Below are positions 48,848 to 56,341 of a stretch of 59,966 bases of DNA, one piece after another. A program made the position numbers and the translations under genes. The notes below the pieces were generated by a model, which saw only the letters and a program-made list of their open reading frames with translations, was not told the DNA's origin and made no database searches. Each line of letters begins with the position of its first letter. Position 1 is the stretch's first letter. Source of the DNA: a virus (taxonomy: Duplodnaviria; Caudoviricetes); IMG/VR virus record IMGVR_UViG_3300020179_000034, positions 1 to 59,966 of that record; one strand, written 5' to 3'.

Positions 48848-49756
48848 ATGGCTATTTCACGCGCACAGTTACTTAAGGAACTCCTTCCGGGTTTGAATGC
48901 CCTGTTTGGCCTTGAGTACAAGACCTATGGTGAGGAGCATAAGGAGATCTATGAAACTGAGACCTCCGAACGTTCCTTTGAAGAGGAGACCAAACTTTCT
49001 GGATTTAGTGCAGCCCCGGTAAAAGCCGAAGGCTCTGCTATTGCGTATGACAACGCACAGGAAGCGTGGACTGCTCGTTACAGTCACGAGACAATTGCTC
49101 TCGGCTTCTCCATCACGGAAGAGGCGGTTGAAGACAACCTGTACGATTCGCTGTCTAAGCGATATACCAAGGCGCTCGCCCGAGCGATGGCGTACACGAA
49201 GCAAGTTAAGGCGGCTGCAGTTCTGAACAACGGCTTTTCAGCGTCCTACCCCGGTGGTGACGGTGTGGCCCTGTTCTCGACTTCACACCCGCTTGTTTCA
49301 GGTGGTACCAACAGCAACCGTTTGACGGCTTCTGACCTCAACGAAACTTCGCTTGAGGCGGCGGTCATTCAGATTGCTGGTTGGGTTGATGAACGTGGAC
49401 TCTTGATCGCGGCGAAGCCCGGTAAGCTCATCGTGCCTCCAGCACTGATGTTCACTGCCAAGCGTCTCCTCGATACGGAGCTTCGCGTGGCAACTGCGGA
49501 CAACGACATCAACGCGCTGAAGGCGATGGGGTCGATTCCGGGTGGTTACACTGTTAACCACTACCTGACGGATACGAATGCGTGGTTCCTAACCACCGAC
49601 GTTCCGAACGGTATGAAGTACTTCGTTCGTACCCCGCTGCAAAACAGCATGGACGGCGATTTCGACACCGGTAACGTCCGTTACAAAGCCCGTGAACGCT
49701 ATAGCTTCGGCTTTAGTGATCCGCTGGGTATGTTTGGTTCGCCGGGTTCGTCTTGA
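48848..49756 (+). CDS. Major capsid protein (Mu gpT-like, HK97 fold)
   Basis: MAISRAQLLKELLPGLNALFG, DGVALFS..HP, LIVPPAL, YLTD..AWFL, RERYSFG..DP. Confidence 0.92.
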   Translation: MAISRAQLLKELLPGLNALFGLEYKTYGEEHKEIYETETSERSFEEETKLSGFSAAPVKAEGSAIAYDNAQEAWTARYSHETIALGFSITEEAVEDNLYDSLSKRYTKALARAMAYTKQVKAAAVLNNGFSASYPGGDGVALFSTSHPLVSGGTNSNRLTASDLNETSLEAAVIQIAGWVDERGLLIAAKPGKLIVPPALMFTAKRLLDTELRVATADNDINALKAMGSIPGGYTVNHYLTDTNAWFLTTDVPNGMKYFVRTPLQNSMDGDFDTGNVRYKARERYSFGFSDPLGMFGSPGSS

Positions 49757-49763
49757 TGAGTGT

Positions 49764-49795
49764 GGGAGGGGGGTGAAAGCCCCCTTCCCTTTTTT
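49764..49795 (+). terminator. Intrinsic terminator after the major capsid gene
   Basis: GGGAGGGGGGT-GAAA-GCCCCCTTCCC-TTTTTT. Confidence 0.9.
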
Positions 49796-49819
49796 GTTTT
49801 GTAAGCGTATACGTTGAAT

Positions 49820-49895
49820 TTACCGGGGTAATTTAAGTCCATCAGACAGACCCGGCTGACGACATGCAGACTGATGGACGACTCGCATGTGAGGT
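49820..49895 (+). ncRNA. Multi-pseudoknot RNA, probable Mu-gpT-DE-type element
   Basis: Three interlocked helices in A-B-A'-C-B'-C' order, directly downstream of a Mu-gpT-like capsid gene. Confidence 0.6.
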
Positions 49896-49903
49896 AATTT
49901 AAA

Positions 49904-50095
49904 ATGGCTCAGACTACATTCAGTGGCCCGGTTAATCTGGGTGTTTTCACGGTTGCTACGGCCCCTACGAGTAACGTCTCTACAGGCTCCGTTGCTTATT
50001 TCTCAAATGGCGCTGCAGGTAACCCGGTTCTTGCGTTTTACAACGGCACCAACTGGTTGCGTGTGGACACTTTGGCTGCTATTTCTGCTAGCTAA
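49904..50095 (+). CDS. Small virion protein
   Basis: GAGGT RBS; MAQTTFSGPV N-terminus. Confidence 0.75.
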   Translation: MAQTTFSGPVNLGVFTVATAPTSNVSTGSVAYFSNGAAGNPVLAFYNGTNWLRVDTLAAISAS

Positions 50096-50117
50096 TACCC
50101 CCTAACCCTAGGAGGGT

Positions 50118-50423
50118 ATGACAATGCAAACAGATGTCTTAGCCAGTAAAGTCGCTACGACTGCTGGCGATCTATTGGATCAAAATAGCCTTGTAATTGG
50201 GCGTTCTCGCGTAAAAGCGATTTACATTGTTCCTGATACCGGTGCGGGTACAGTGACGTTTCGTGACGGCGGGGCTAATGGCCCAGTCAAGATCGTATTA
50301 AACACCAAGGCAAGTTCAACTTCTGCGGACTACACCCTGATGCCGGGTGAAGGATTGCTCTTCCAAACGAGCATTTACATCGTCCCGTCAGCCGTTATCT
50401 CCACGCTGGTGATTTATGGCTAA
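50118..50423 (+). CDS. Small beta-rich virion protein
   Basis: AGGAGG RBS; PGEGLLF motif. Confidence 0.7.
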   Translation: MTMQTDVLASKVATTAGDLLDQNSLVIGRSRVKAIYIVPDTGAGTVTFRDGGANGPVKIVLNTKASSTSADYTLMPGEGLLFQTSIYIVPSAVISTLVIYG

Positions 50424-50670
50424 AACTCCTGCGTGGCAACGCAAGGAAGGTAAGAATCCTGCTGGCGGCTTGAATGCCAAAGGCAGGGCTTCCTACAACC
50501 GTGCTAATCCCGGTAAGCCGGGTCTCAAGCGTCCTCAACCCGAGGGCGGTGCGCGTAAGAAATCATTCTGTGCCCGTATGTCGGGCATGAAAAAGAAACT
50601 GACGAGTGCCAAGACTGCTAACGATCCGAACAGTCGGATCAATAAATCACTTCGCGCATGGAATTGCTAA
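50416..50670 (+). CDS. Small basic protein (DUF6321-like)
   Basis: GGLNAKGR, RKKSFCARM and LRAWNC motifs. Confidence 0.7.
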   Translation: MAKTPAWQRKEGKNPAGGLNAKGRASYNRANPGKPGLKRPQPEGGARKKSFCARMSGMKKKLTSAKTANDPNSRINKSLRAWNC

Positions 50671-50672
50671 AA

Positions 50673-50861
50673 ATGAAAGACGAAAATGTTGAAACCCTAA
50701 AAAACGTGGGTGACGCGCTATCTGTCTTTACGGTAATAGGAACTCTAATCGAAATGCTTCCGTCTGTTGCGGCAATATTTACTATTTTGTGGACGGGTAT
50801 CCGTATTTACGAAACTAAAACCGTACAAGGTTGGATTAAGAAGTGGAAAAACCGTGCCTAG
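50673..50861 (+). CDS. Small membrane protein (holin-like topology)
   Basis: One or two hydrophobic helices and a basic tail. Confidence 0.55.
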   Translation: MKDENVETLKNVGDALSVFTVIGTLIEMLPSVAAIFTILWTGIRIYETKTVQGWIKKWKNRA

Positions 50862-51003
50862 TAAATCTGCTAAACAACATCGTCTAATGGCTGCGGTCGC
50901 TAATAACAAAGCGTTCGCTAAAAAAGTTGATATTCCACAATCCGTGGGGCGGGAGTACGTTAAAGCCGATAAAGGCCGCAAATTTAGGAGTAAATCGAAA
51001 TGA
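50854..51003 (+). CDS. Small basic protein
   Basis: GTG start; PSKSAKQHRLMAAVA...IPQSVG.EY..AD. Confidence 0.65.
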   Translation: MPSKSAKQHRLMAAVANNKAFAKKVDIPQSVGREYVKADKGRKFRSKSK

Positions 51004-51272
51004 GAATGAAGCCTAAAATGATGAAAATGATCAAGAAAATGAATATGGGCGGTATGCCTTATTCTGATGGTGGCATGACCAAAAAAATGAATATGGGTGG
51101 TATGGCCTATTCTAATGGTGGCATGACCAAAAAAATGAATATGGGTGGCATGTCTTATTCAAAAGGTGGCATGACCAAAAAAATGAACGGTAAACCTCAG
51201 TCTGGTAGTGGAGCATCTAAACGCGCTGATGGCATTGCCAGCAAGGGTAAAACCAAAGGACGTTTTGTATGA
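51000..51272 (+). CDS. Met/Lys/Gly-rich basic protein with 48-bp repeats
   Basis: KKMNMGGMxYSxGGMT three times; C-terminal RADGIASKGKTKGRFV. Confidence 0.75.
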   Translation: MRMKPKMMKMIKKMNMGGMPYSDGGMTKKMNMGGMAYSNGGMTKKMNMGGMSYSKGGMTKKMNGKPQSGSGASKRADGIASKGKTKGRFV

Positions 51273-52060
51273 AACGAAAAATGCGTAAGTTTAGACTCGG
51301 TGGCGGCATTGATGGCGGCTACGAAGAAAATCCACCGGGAATGACTAGCTACAGTGACGGCAAGGGACGCGTGCCTATGTCTAATCGCAGAAATAGCGAT
51401 GAAGATAAGCCTATGACTTTTAAACAGGCTTTTGCAGAAGCACGTGCTAAAAAACAGGATACTTTTACTTTTAAGAATCCTAAGACGGGGAAAATGGAGC
51501 GTTTTCATACCCGTACTAAAGAAGAGGAAAGTAAACCTAATAATGTTAGTAATAATAAACTTAAAGAAGTTACAGAAACCAAGACTTCCGAAATTAAAAC
51601 GCCTGTTAGTAGAAGCGTAGCCCCGAAAAGAAAATTGCCTGAAAATTATAGTCCAAGAGTAGGTTCAGGGCGATATAACGATCCTACAACTACATACGGG
51701 GAACGTTTATTATCACCGCTTAAAAAACTTACTGACATTTTTGGTCTTCGTGAGGAAGAGAGTGTCATGCGGAACATGGGCGTAAATAGAGAAGAAGCCC
51801 GTAGACGCCTCGATGCTAAAGAAAAGGCAGAAGAGGGTATGCGCCGTGGCGGTAAGATTAAAAAAATGGCTTCGGGCGGTAGTTTTCCTGACCTAACTGG
51901 CGATGGCAAAGTAACTCGCGCTGATGTTCTTAAAGGCCGTGGCGTATTCAATCAAGGTGGTCGCGTAAAGAGATATGCCAGTGGCGGTTCTGTTTCGTCT
52001 GCTTCTAAACGTGCTGATGGTATCGCTCAGCGCGGTAAAACTAGAGGAAGACTTATATGA
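51269..52060 (+). CDS. Basic protein with multiple xxGG motifs
   Basis: TFKQAFAEAR, PDLTGDGKVTRADVL and C-terminal RADGIAQRGKTRGRLI. Confidence 0.75.
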   Translation: MKRKMRKFRLGGGIDGGYEENPPGMTSYSDGKGRVPMSNRRNSDEDKPMTFKQAFAEARAKKQDTFTFKNPKTGKMERFHTRTKEEESKPNNVSNNKLKEVTETKTSEIKTPVSRSVAPKRKLPENYSPRVGSGRYNDPTTTYGERLLSPLKKLTDIFGLREEESVMRNMGVNREEARRRLDAKEKAEEGMRRGGKIKKMASGGSFPDLTGDGKVTRADVLKGRGVFNQGGRVKRYASGGSVSSASKRADGIAQRGKTRGRLI

Positions 52061-52353
52061 TGAGTTCTCGCGGTATGGGCGTGATTGCTCCTAGTAAAGT
52101 TCCTCGTGCTAGACGGCGCGGGGACAATAAGCCTGTGATTGGTACCGGCAAACCAATTCGTCACGCTGAAGGCGGTAAGGTCAAGAGCAAGGTCAATCAA
52201 TCTGGTAACTACACTAAGCCCGGTATGCGGAAGAGCTTGTTTGAGTCTATTAAGGCTCGTGCCGTTCAAGGCACTGGGGCAGGCCAGTGGAGTGCAAGAA
52301 AGGCACAGTTACTGGCAAAGACTTATAAGGCACGAGGCGGCGGGTACAAATGA
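52057..52353 (+). CDS. Small basic protein
   Basis: NYTKP...GQWSARKAQ...YK..GGGY. Confidence 0.7.
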   Translation: MMSSRGMGVIAPSKVPRARRRGDNKPVIGTGKPIRHAEGGKVKSKVNQSGNYTKPGMRKSLFESIKARAVQGTGAGQWSARKAQLLAKTYKARGGGYK

Positions 52354-52595
52354 AAGCTCCGCAGCAGTCTCTTAAAGCGTGGGGTGATCAGAAATGGAGA
52401 ACCAAAAGTGGTAAACCCTCTAGCAAAACGGGTGAAAGGTATCTACCGGAAGCTGCAATCAAAGCTCTCAGCCCTGCGGAATACGCTCGTACGACGGCTG
52501 CAAAGCGCCGTGGCAAAGCTCAAGGCAAGCAGTTTGTTTCGCAGCCTAAAGGCATTAAAGAAAAAGTAAGGTCATATAGAAGGCAGGGCATGTAA
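52350..52595 (+). CDS. Small basic protein (DUF5872-like)
   Basis: QQSLK.W..QKW.T...RYLP..A...GKQFV. Confidence 0.65.
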   Translation: MKAPQQSLKAWGDQKWRTKSGKPSSKTGERYLPEAAIKALSPAEYARTTAAKRRGKAQGKQFVSQPKGIKEKVRSYRRQGM

Positions 52596-53320
52596 TGGTA
52601 GACAAGACTACAGCCACCACAGAATTTAACCTCGACCTCAATACGATTATTGAAGAGGCTTTCGAGCGTTGTGGGGCTGAACTGCGTACGGGTTACGATT
52701 TCCGTACGTCGAAGCGTAGTCTTGCCCTCCTGCTGATGGACTGGGCAAATCGCGGCATTAACCTATGGACGTTGGAGCAAGGCACTCAGACTTTGACTTA
52801 TAATCAAAGTACATATGATTTACCGGTGGATACGGTTGACCTACTTGACCACGTGATCCGTACGGGTACGGGTACGAACCAGCAAGACATCAACATCACG
52901 CGCATTTCATCCAGTACCTACCTTTCAATCCCTAACAAGAACGCGACGGGGCGTCCAATTCAAATTTGGATTAATCGCCGTACGGGTGCGACAGGTGCGG
53001 ATGATGCCGTGGTTTATCCGCAATTTGTAGTTTGGCCCAAGCCTGACAACACGACGACTTGGACGTTGGTATATACCCGGCTTCGCCGTATGTTTGATCC
53101 CGGCACGGGTGTAAACGGTCAAGACATTCCTTTTCGTTTTATGCCTTGCATGGTGGCTGGTTTAGCTTATTACCTATCGATGAAAATTCCCGGCGCGGAT
53201 GTTCGTATGCCGATGCTCAAGGCTCAATATGACGAAGCTTGGGATTTGGCATCTGGAGAAGATCGTGAGAAGGCGGCGGTTCGGTTCGTGCCACGTGAGA
53301 GTTTCTTGGGTGGCTACTAA
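52595..53320 (+). CDS. Head-tail adaptor-like protein
   Basis: Helical N-terminus; IPNK..TGRP, WPKPD and CMVAGLAYYL motifs. Confidence 0.6.
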   Translation: MVDKTTATTEFNLDLNTIIEEAFERCGAELRTGYDFRTSKRSLALLLMDWANRGINLWTLEQGTQTLTYNQSTYDLPVDTVDLLDHVIRTGTGTNQQDINITRISSSTYLSIPNKNATGRPIQIWINRRTGATGADDAVVYPQFVVWPKPDNTTTWTLVYTRLRRMFDPGTGVNGQDIPFRFMPCMVAGLAYYLSMKIPGADVRMPMLKAQYDEAWDLASGEDREKAAVRFVPRESFLGGY

Positions 53321-53697
53321 TGCCAAACAGATTTGCAAGTGGCAAACACGCGATTGCGGAGTGCGACCGATGTGGATTTCGTTTCAAACTTCGGCAATTA
53401 AAATCTCTGACAATCAAGACCAAAAATGTCAACATCTTGGTTTGTCCAGAGTGTTGGGAGCCAGATCAGCCGCAGTTGTCATTGGGTCTTTACCCTGTTG
53501 ATGATCCGCAAGCTATACGGAATCCACGGCCTGATTTAAGTTTTTATGAAATTGGTAATGATGGTGCAAGTGGCAGTCGAGTAATTCAATGGGGCTGGAA
53601 CCCGGTTGGTGGAGCTAGAGCAAATGATGCAGGACTAACTCCGAATGATCTTGCCCCGGTTGGAGAAATTGGAACGGTTACGGTCGTTACGACCTAG
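53320..53697 (+). CDS. Zinc-ribbon protein
   Basis: CDRCG...VCPEC, PQ...PRPD. Confidence 0.7.
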   Translation: MPNRFASGKHAIAECDRCGFRFKLRQLKSLTIKTKNVNILVCPECWEPDQPQLSLGLYPVDDPQAIRNPRPDLSFYEIGNDGASGSRVIQWGWNPVGGARANDAGLTPNDLAPVGEIGTVTVVTT

Positions 53698-53706
53698 GAG
53701 ATTGAG

Positions 53707-53877
53707 ATGAAGAACGGAATGCGTAAAGTTGCGAAAGAAGAAGTACGAGAGCATGAATCTCGTATGCACAAAGGCAAAAAAGGCGTAAAGAAATTTGGTC
53801 ATGGCGGTAAAACTGGCAGCGACATGCTGAAGTACGGTCGCGGTATGGCTAAAGTGATGAATCAAAGGGGACACTAA
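53707..53877 (+). CDS. 56-aa basic protein (not in the ORF track)
   Basis: AGGAG RBS; MKNGMRKV...KKFGHGGK...GRGMAKV; stop overlaps the next ATG. Confidence 0.7.
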   Translation: MKNGMRKVAKEEVREHESRMHKGKKGVKKFGHGGKTGSDMLKYGRGMAKVMNQRGH

Positions 53878-54074
53878 TGAAAAATACTTCTTACAATCAG
53901 CCGAAGCCCAATCCTGAATCAACGGGGCGTAATGGCTATCCTGATACGGACGTAAACAAGGGCGTCACCCACATGAAGATGAAAGGTGCGGGTGCCGCAA
54001 CTAAAGGCACAAAGTTTGTGTCACAGATTAATCTTGAAAATAACGCTAAGTATCGGGCGGGTTGGTCGCCGTGA
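53877..54074 (+). CDS. Small basic protein
   Basis: KMKGAGAATKG motif; translationally coupled. Confidence 0.65.
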   Translation: MKNTSYNQPKPNPESTGRNGYPDTDVNKGVTHMKMKGAGAATKGTKFVSQINLENNAKYRAGWSP

Positions 54075-54709
54075 ATTACAGTCAGCTTTCTACACTAATT
54101 CAAGATTATTGCGAGAGTACGGAGTCTAGCTTCGTCTCCAATATACCTACGTTTGTGCAGTTAGCTGAAGAGCGTATCTATAACTCGGTTCAGATTCCTG
54201 CGATTCGCAAGAACGTGACCGGGACGATGACGATTAATTTTCAGTATTTTCAATTACCGTCCGATTGGCTTTCGACGTTTTCATTAGCGGTAATTGACCC
54301 GACAACGGGTGAGTATGAGTACCTTTTAAACAAGGATGTAAACTACATCCGACAGGCGTACCCGCCGCCAAACTCGTACGGCAAGCCTAAGTACTATGCA
54401 ATTTGGGATGATACGAGCATGATTATTGGGCCTACGCCAAATCTTGCATACACGGCTGAACTGCATTACTACTATTATCCGACTTCTATCGTTAGCGCGA
54501 ATACGTCGTGGCTTGGCGATAACTTTGAAACGGTGCTGCTCTATGGGTCGCTTCGTGAGGCGTACATTTACCTCAAGGGTGAGCAGGACATGATGCAGTA
54601 TTACGACCAGAAGTACATGGAAGCCTTAGCTCAATTAAAGCGCCTTGGTGACGGTCTGGATCGTCAGGATGCGTACCGTTCTGGACAAGTTAGGGTGCCT
54701 GTCACATGA
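54071..54709 (+). CDS. Second adaptor/tail-tube-A-like protein
   Basis: LAEERI, LPSD, G.PKYY, GPTP and LLYGSL.EA motifs. Confidence 0.6.
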   Translation: MNYSQLSTLIQDYCESTESSFVSNIPTFVQLAEERIYNSVQIPAIRKNVTGTMTINFQYFQLPSDWLSTFSLAVIDPTTGEYEYLLNKDVNYIRQAYPPPNSYGKPKYYAIWDDTSMIIGPTPNLAYTAELHYYYYPTSIVSANTSWLGDNFETVLLYGSLREAYIYLKGEQDMMQYYDQKYMEALAQLKRLGDGLDRQDAYRSGQVRVPVT

Positions 54710-54951
54710 GTTTTGAAGGCGATGTAGAACTTGGGCAGGTCTTTGTCCAGACGACGAGCAACCGGGGTTATACTCCGGAAGAGATTGCTGAACGGGCTAC
54801 CACCCGCATTCTTCGTGTACAAACGGAGAAAGAATTAAAACGGGTACTTACAAAGTACCTGCAAGAGGCGCAAGACTCCGAACGGATGAATGCGCGTCGT
54901 ATCCTTATTGAAAATGGTTTTAATGATGCTGCAAAGCATCTAGGAGATTAA
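54706..54951 (+). CDS. Small conserved structural-module protein
   Basis: TSNRG.TPEE.A motif; translationally coupled. Confidence 0.65.
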   Translation: MSFEGDVELGQVFVQTTSNRGYTPEEIAERATTRILRVQTEKELKRVLTKYLQEAQDSERMNARRILIENGFNDAAKHLGD

Positions 54952-54953
54952 AA

Positions 54954-55409
54954 ATGGCGATTACTCAGGCCATGACGACCTCATTTAAGGTCGAGATTCT
55001 GGATGGTATTCACAACTTTGGTACGGGCGTGATTCGTGCTGCAACCACGGCTGATACGTTCAAACTCGCGCTTTACACTTCATCGGCTACGCTCAGTGCC
55101 ACTACCACGGCATACACGGTGACTGACGAAGTGTCTTCATCTGGCACGAACTACACGGCAGGTGGGCTGACGCTGACGATCTCGCAGGTACCGACTTCCA
55201 GCAGCACGACGGCGTTCATCGACTTTGATGATCTGACCTTCCCGAGTGCAACGATCACAGCCAACGGTGCTTTGATCTATAACTCGACTCAGGGAAATAA
55301 GGCTGTTGCGGTGCTGGCGTTTGGCGGGGATAAGACCTCGACCGCTGGTAACTTCACCATCCAATTCCCGGCTGCTGCGGCTTCTACTGCGATCCTTCGT
55401 ATCGCCTAA
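54954..55409 (+). CDS. Virion structural protein (tail-associated)
   Basis: SFK.E...FKLALY...YTAGG..L...GALIYN...L.FG; Thr/Ala-rich. Confidence 0.7.
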   Translation: MAITQAMTTSFKVEILDGIHNFGTGVIRAATTADTFKLALYTSSATLSATTTAYTVTDEVSSSGTNYTAGGLTLTISQVPTSSSTTAFIDFDDLTFPSATITANGALIYNSTQGNKAVAVLAFGGDKTSTAGNFTIQFPAAAASTAILRIA

Positions 55410-55427
55410 TTTAGTTAGGCAAGGGCC

Positions 55428-56330
55428 GTGGCAGGCGTCATAGTCGCCTTCGACGGTTGGAACGCTTCCGGCGTAGGCTGGGGCGAACAAGGTTGGGGGC
55501 AGGGAGTTGGTAATCTTACCGCGACTGGTGAAGTCGGCACGGTAGGAATTGCTGCGTCTGCAGTTGTTGTAGTTACAGACGTTTCGGCTAGCGGTGCAGT
55601 TGGCACCGTTACAGTTGTCGCTGCGGCAAATATTCCTGTTACCGGCGTTGAGGGTACGGGGCAGGTTGGGGATGTCTTTGTCGTTGGCGCTGCCAATGTT
55701 CTTGTTACCGGCGTTGAGGCGACTGGCGAGGTTGGCAATGTCACGGTTGCAGCCGATACCGTTGTCTTGGTCTCGGGCGTTTCGGCTACAGGCCAAATTG
55801 GTACGGTTACGGTCGTTGCGGAGGCTAATGTCTCCCTGACCGGCGTTGCAGCAACAGGTCAAATCGGTACGGTTGTTGTTGTCCCAGAAACCATAGTTAT
55901 CGTCTCAGGCGTTGCGGGAACGGGTGAGGTTGGGGATGTTGTTGTCGCTGCAGCGGCAGTTGCAGCGGTAACGGGCGTTCAGGCTTCGGGTCAAGTTGGC
56001 GACGTTTCGGTTAAGACCGATCAAGTTCTCTCTGTCACAGGCGTGGCAGGAACGGGGCAGATTGGCACCGTCGGTGTAGCGGTTGGCATTAACGTTTTTG
56101 TCACGGGCGTATCGGCTACGGGTGCGGTTGGCTCGGTTACTACATCTGCCGGGGCAAATGTTGTAGTCTCTGGTGTAACCGGAACAGGTGTTATAGGTGC
56201 AGTAAATATTTGGTCGGTTATTAATCCTGCTCAAAATGCAAATTGGACAGATATAAACGATTCTCAAACGGCAAATTGGAACGAAATTAGTACGTCGCAA
56301 AACCCAAATTGGACACAGATTGCGGCGTGA
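55428..56330 (+). CDS. Val/Gly/Thr-rich repetitive fibre-like protein
   Basis: About eleven 21-aa repeats of VTGVxATGxVGxVxV. Confidence 0.7.
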   Translation: MAGVIVAFDGWNASGVGWGEQGWGQGVGNLTATGEVGTVGIAASAVVVVTDVSASGAVGTVTVVAAANIPVTGVEGTGQVGDVFVVGAANVLVTGVEATGEVGNVTVAADTVVLVSGVSATGQIGTVTVVAEANVSLTGVAATGQIGTVVVVPETIVIVSGVAGTGEVGDVVVAAAAVAAVTGVQASGQVGDVSVKTDQVLSVTGVAGTGQIGTVGVAVGINVFVTGVSATGAVGSVTTSAGANVVVSGVTGTGVIGAVNIWSVINPAQNANWTDINDSQTANWNEISTSQNPNWTQIAA

Positions 56331-56341
56331 GGTAATGACAC

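Noticed and set aside
49856-49862. Hammerhead ribozyme (CUGACGA core)
   Set aside because: No GAAA follows the candidate stem II, and the helix order does not fit a hammerhead.
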